DNA from: Adineta vaga
Taxonomy: Eukaryota > Animalia > Rotifera
Reading direction: 5' to 3'
NCBI GenBank assembly: GCA_021613535.1
Contig: CP075497.1
Location: 6,634,001 to 6,698,000, forward strand
Length of the DNA stretch: 64,000 bases
How positions within the stretch are numbered: position 1 is the stretch's first letter; every line of letters starts with the position of its first letter. Shown here in pieces: positions 61,321-64,000 of this stretch. The notes under the pieces were generated by a model that saw only the letters and a program-made list of their open reading frames with translations, did no database searches and was not told where the DNA came from. Position numbers and translations under genes: made by a program.

Positions 61321-64000
61321 CTATAAACTTGATGAACCAATCGTTGCAACAGTTTGACCATCGAAAAGAATAGGTCGTTGTGGTAAACAAGTTGAACGTA
61401 TACCATTGGAGGAATGACGCATTGGCATATTGCACGATGAAGAATCTGATTGCTAGAGTGGTTGAAAAGAAGAAAATCAGTTTCTTTAGTAATATATTGT
61501 ACAATTTTTTAATTTTAAAAAGATAAAAGATATATGATTTTGTAGATAAAATTCACTTCGAGAACTACATTCGTTTTTAACTGTACTAAATAAAAAGTAA
61601 GATATTTAACTTATTATTGATCTTTTAGTATTTTTATCAATAGGAGAATGCCTAGAATCATTGAACATAAATTCAAACACGAGTGAGTAAGGTTAAAAAG
61701 TAGTACACTCATTCGTTTATCTTTTCTCACAGAAAAAGAATCACCACAATGTCATCGAGTAGATTGATTTCAGTGTACTTTACAAGGTTAAAAATATACA
61801 TGGATCAATTTCTTCTAGTGATTACATTAGTTACTTCGACTCTGTAATCTTGTCTGTCATTCGGTTGAGAAACAGATGCATCAAGACTACACCTGTGATT
61901 TCTACTTATCTTTAAATAATCAAAATTCTTTACCTGAAAACGTTCAATAAATGCCACTAAACTAATGGAAAGTGCTCGAATAGTTTTCAATCGTTCTTGC
62001 ACTCTATTTGAAATCAAATATGAAATACATTTCTTTCATTTTCTGTCAACTTACTTATCTTTTGCACATAGTTTATGTTTAATAATTTCACTACGAATTG
62101 TTTCACTAATCTTTTCATCAAACAATGGAATACCAAATCTTGAAAATGCAACGAAGTATTAGTATAAAATCTGTTCTATGATTAAAATCTTACCTAACAT
62201 CTAAGAGAACTTCTTCAGCAGTATTCGATGATATTGCTAACATTGATACATAACCACAGGTATTCTTCAAATCAATTGCTAATGATAACTTTTCCAATCC
62301 GGAATGTTTTTCCATATGTTCAAATGGAAATGGTATATGTCGGATTTGTTGATACTCTTCTTTGAAATCATTGCTATTTCCATGATAAAATCCTTGTAAA
62401 AGTACAGCTGAATGAAGTAATGCTTCATTAATACTTAATAAAATGTTCACATTTGATATATATGTTGGTTCATGATTCCATGTTGTAACGAGAAATTTAT
62501 CGAATATTTTCAAACAATCAGGTAAAACATTTAAACGATAACCTTTTGGTAAAAGTAATGATGGTGGTCCTGATTTTGTTAAACTATAAATGAATAATTT
62601 CATCCAAACACTATTCATTTCTTGCAAATATGGTCCAAGATAATCAATTGAATTAAATGGTGAATAAACTGTTTCAGCACTAATAGGTGCCATTGATATT
62701 AAAATATGATAATTTCGTTCAATTAAACGTTGACGAGTCGTTGAATCAAGACTAGATAAGCTTTCATAGCGAATTAGATCGACTCCAAGAGGACCAATTT
62801 CTTCATCAAAAAGTTCATTATTTAAACGTAAAAATGATATTGTTTGATAAAGAACACGTGCATGTAAAAAATATCGATCTGCTTCTCCTTCACTTTGATT
62901 ATCATCATCTATGGATTTTATTGCTGATTGAGATATAGGTGATATTCTTTCTAATTCTTGTAGAAATGAACCAAGTATTTCATCAGCTAATTTACCAACT
63001 TCAAACATTGTTACAGCATGCGTTTTTAAATTTGGTGATAGATTTCCCATCATTAAAAATGCTGTTAATGAAGAATCAAATAGAAATCCAATACGTTTTT
63101 GTTTTAATGTCGAACTTGTTATAGAAATAGATAGATTATCAGGTGCACCAATACTCGTCGGTGATGCTAAAGATTTCTAAAGAAGAAAATATAGTTTATA
63201 AAAGTAAGAATTCGAGAAACATAAAATCATATGTACTACGTCATCATTTGGATTTAATGAAGTTGTATCATCTTCAATAAATGATGTATCTAATTCTAAA
63301 TCTTTTTTCCATTCCGAAACATTTTTATCAATTGTTGGAGTTGCTACTTTCAATTCTTTCGGTGGTGGTGGTAATTGTAATCCACCAGTTGCAGAAAAAT
63401 GTTTCCACGATGTATGAATCACTCCATAATCACTATCAAGATTTTTCTTTCGTGCAAATCCTAATCGTAAAAACATTGACATTGTTTGCTTAACTAAATC
63501 AATATCTAAACTTAAAATTCGAGATAATTCACCAACATTTGTATGTTCATCTGTTGAAACAAATAATTTATAGAGTAAAACTTCAAAATAATCGCCAACA
63601 ATTCGATTCATAACAAAACCGGAACCTAATGGTGGTACTTGAATATAATCATCTTCGGAAACAGGTACATCTAAATAGATTAAACCTTTACGATAAAGAT
63701 TGTGTATAGCATCATAATTAAGTTCTCCAGCTAATTTCGATGATCTTTCATCAATCAAATAATCAATAATTATTTTTTCTTCATTAGTACATTGTTTAAC
63801 ATCATCATCGGTAACACAACCTAAATTAATAACCCACCATGGTTGGATATTAGCAGAATCAATGGGTTGTAATGGTAATAGATGACGAATTGATGCTGGT
63901 GTTTTCCAATTCGATAAATTTAAAAACATTTTCTTTTTTGCTGCTTGTAAAATTGTACGTGATTGATTTATTAATTCAATATATTGATTTCGACCGATGC
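61321..64000 (-). CDS. FAM91A1: FAM91A1 homolog, multi-exon, 5' end outside window
   Basis: IGRNQYIELIN, LLPLQPI, NLGCVTDDD, LYRKGLIYLDVP, FVMNRIVGDYFEVLLYKLFVSTDE, RIGFLFDSSLTAFLMMGNLSPNLKTHAVTMFEVGKL and FGIPLF. The last exon (61452-61321) has LPQRPILFDG. Confidence 0.93.

Noticed and set aside
1-64000. Horizontally acquired genes, transposons, tRNA/rRNA, CRISPR
   Set aside because: All recognised genes look metazoan/eukaryotic with host-type composition. No transposase/RT motifs, terminal repeats, cloverleaf or rRNA-like sequence were seen by eye; small degenerate elements could be missed.

Overview
Eukaryotic, very AT-rich (about 25-30% GC by eye), gene-dense animal DNA with mostly 47-66 nt GT-AG introns. 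This style fits a bdelloid rotifer, which is an inference not proven from the window. Reading across splice junctions gives about 22 protein-coding genes: PARG (5'-partial), MTTP, three tandem intronless claudin/PMP22-like genes, a 61-aa CYSTM gene missed by the ORF track, SGPL1 with a 5.9-kb intron holding an antisense Ly6/quiver-like gene, a zf-C2HC gene, PATL1, NAT10, C19orf25/UPF0449, FMO, MOXD1-like, a neurexin-like receptor, a 5-HT2-like GPCR, a CD225/dispanin-like gene, a divergent eIF2-beta-like gene, a large orphan gene, UQCC4/CCSMST1, TRAF7 and FAM91A1 (5'-partial). Two candidates stand out. (1) A 13-exon, ~1475-aa neurexin-like receptor whose cytoplasmic tail splices in frame into a WD40-like beta-propeller. 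(2) An intronless eIF2-beta paralogue that keeps the eIF2-gamma-binding helix and Zn ribbon but has lost all lysine boxes. Two same-strand gene pairs sit only 86-93 nt apart with splice acceptors just before the ATG, which suggests operons or SL trans-splicing. No CRISPR, tRNA, rRNA or transposon ORF was recognised. All family assignments come from remembered motifs, not database searches.
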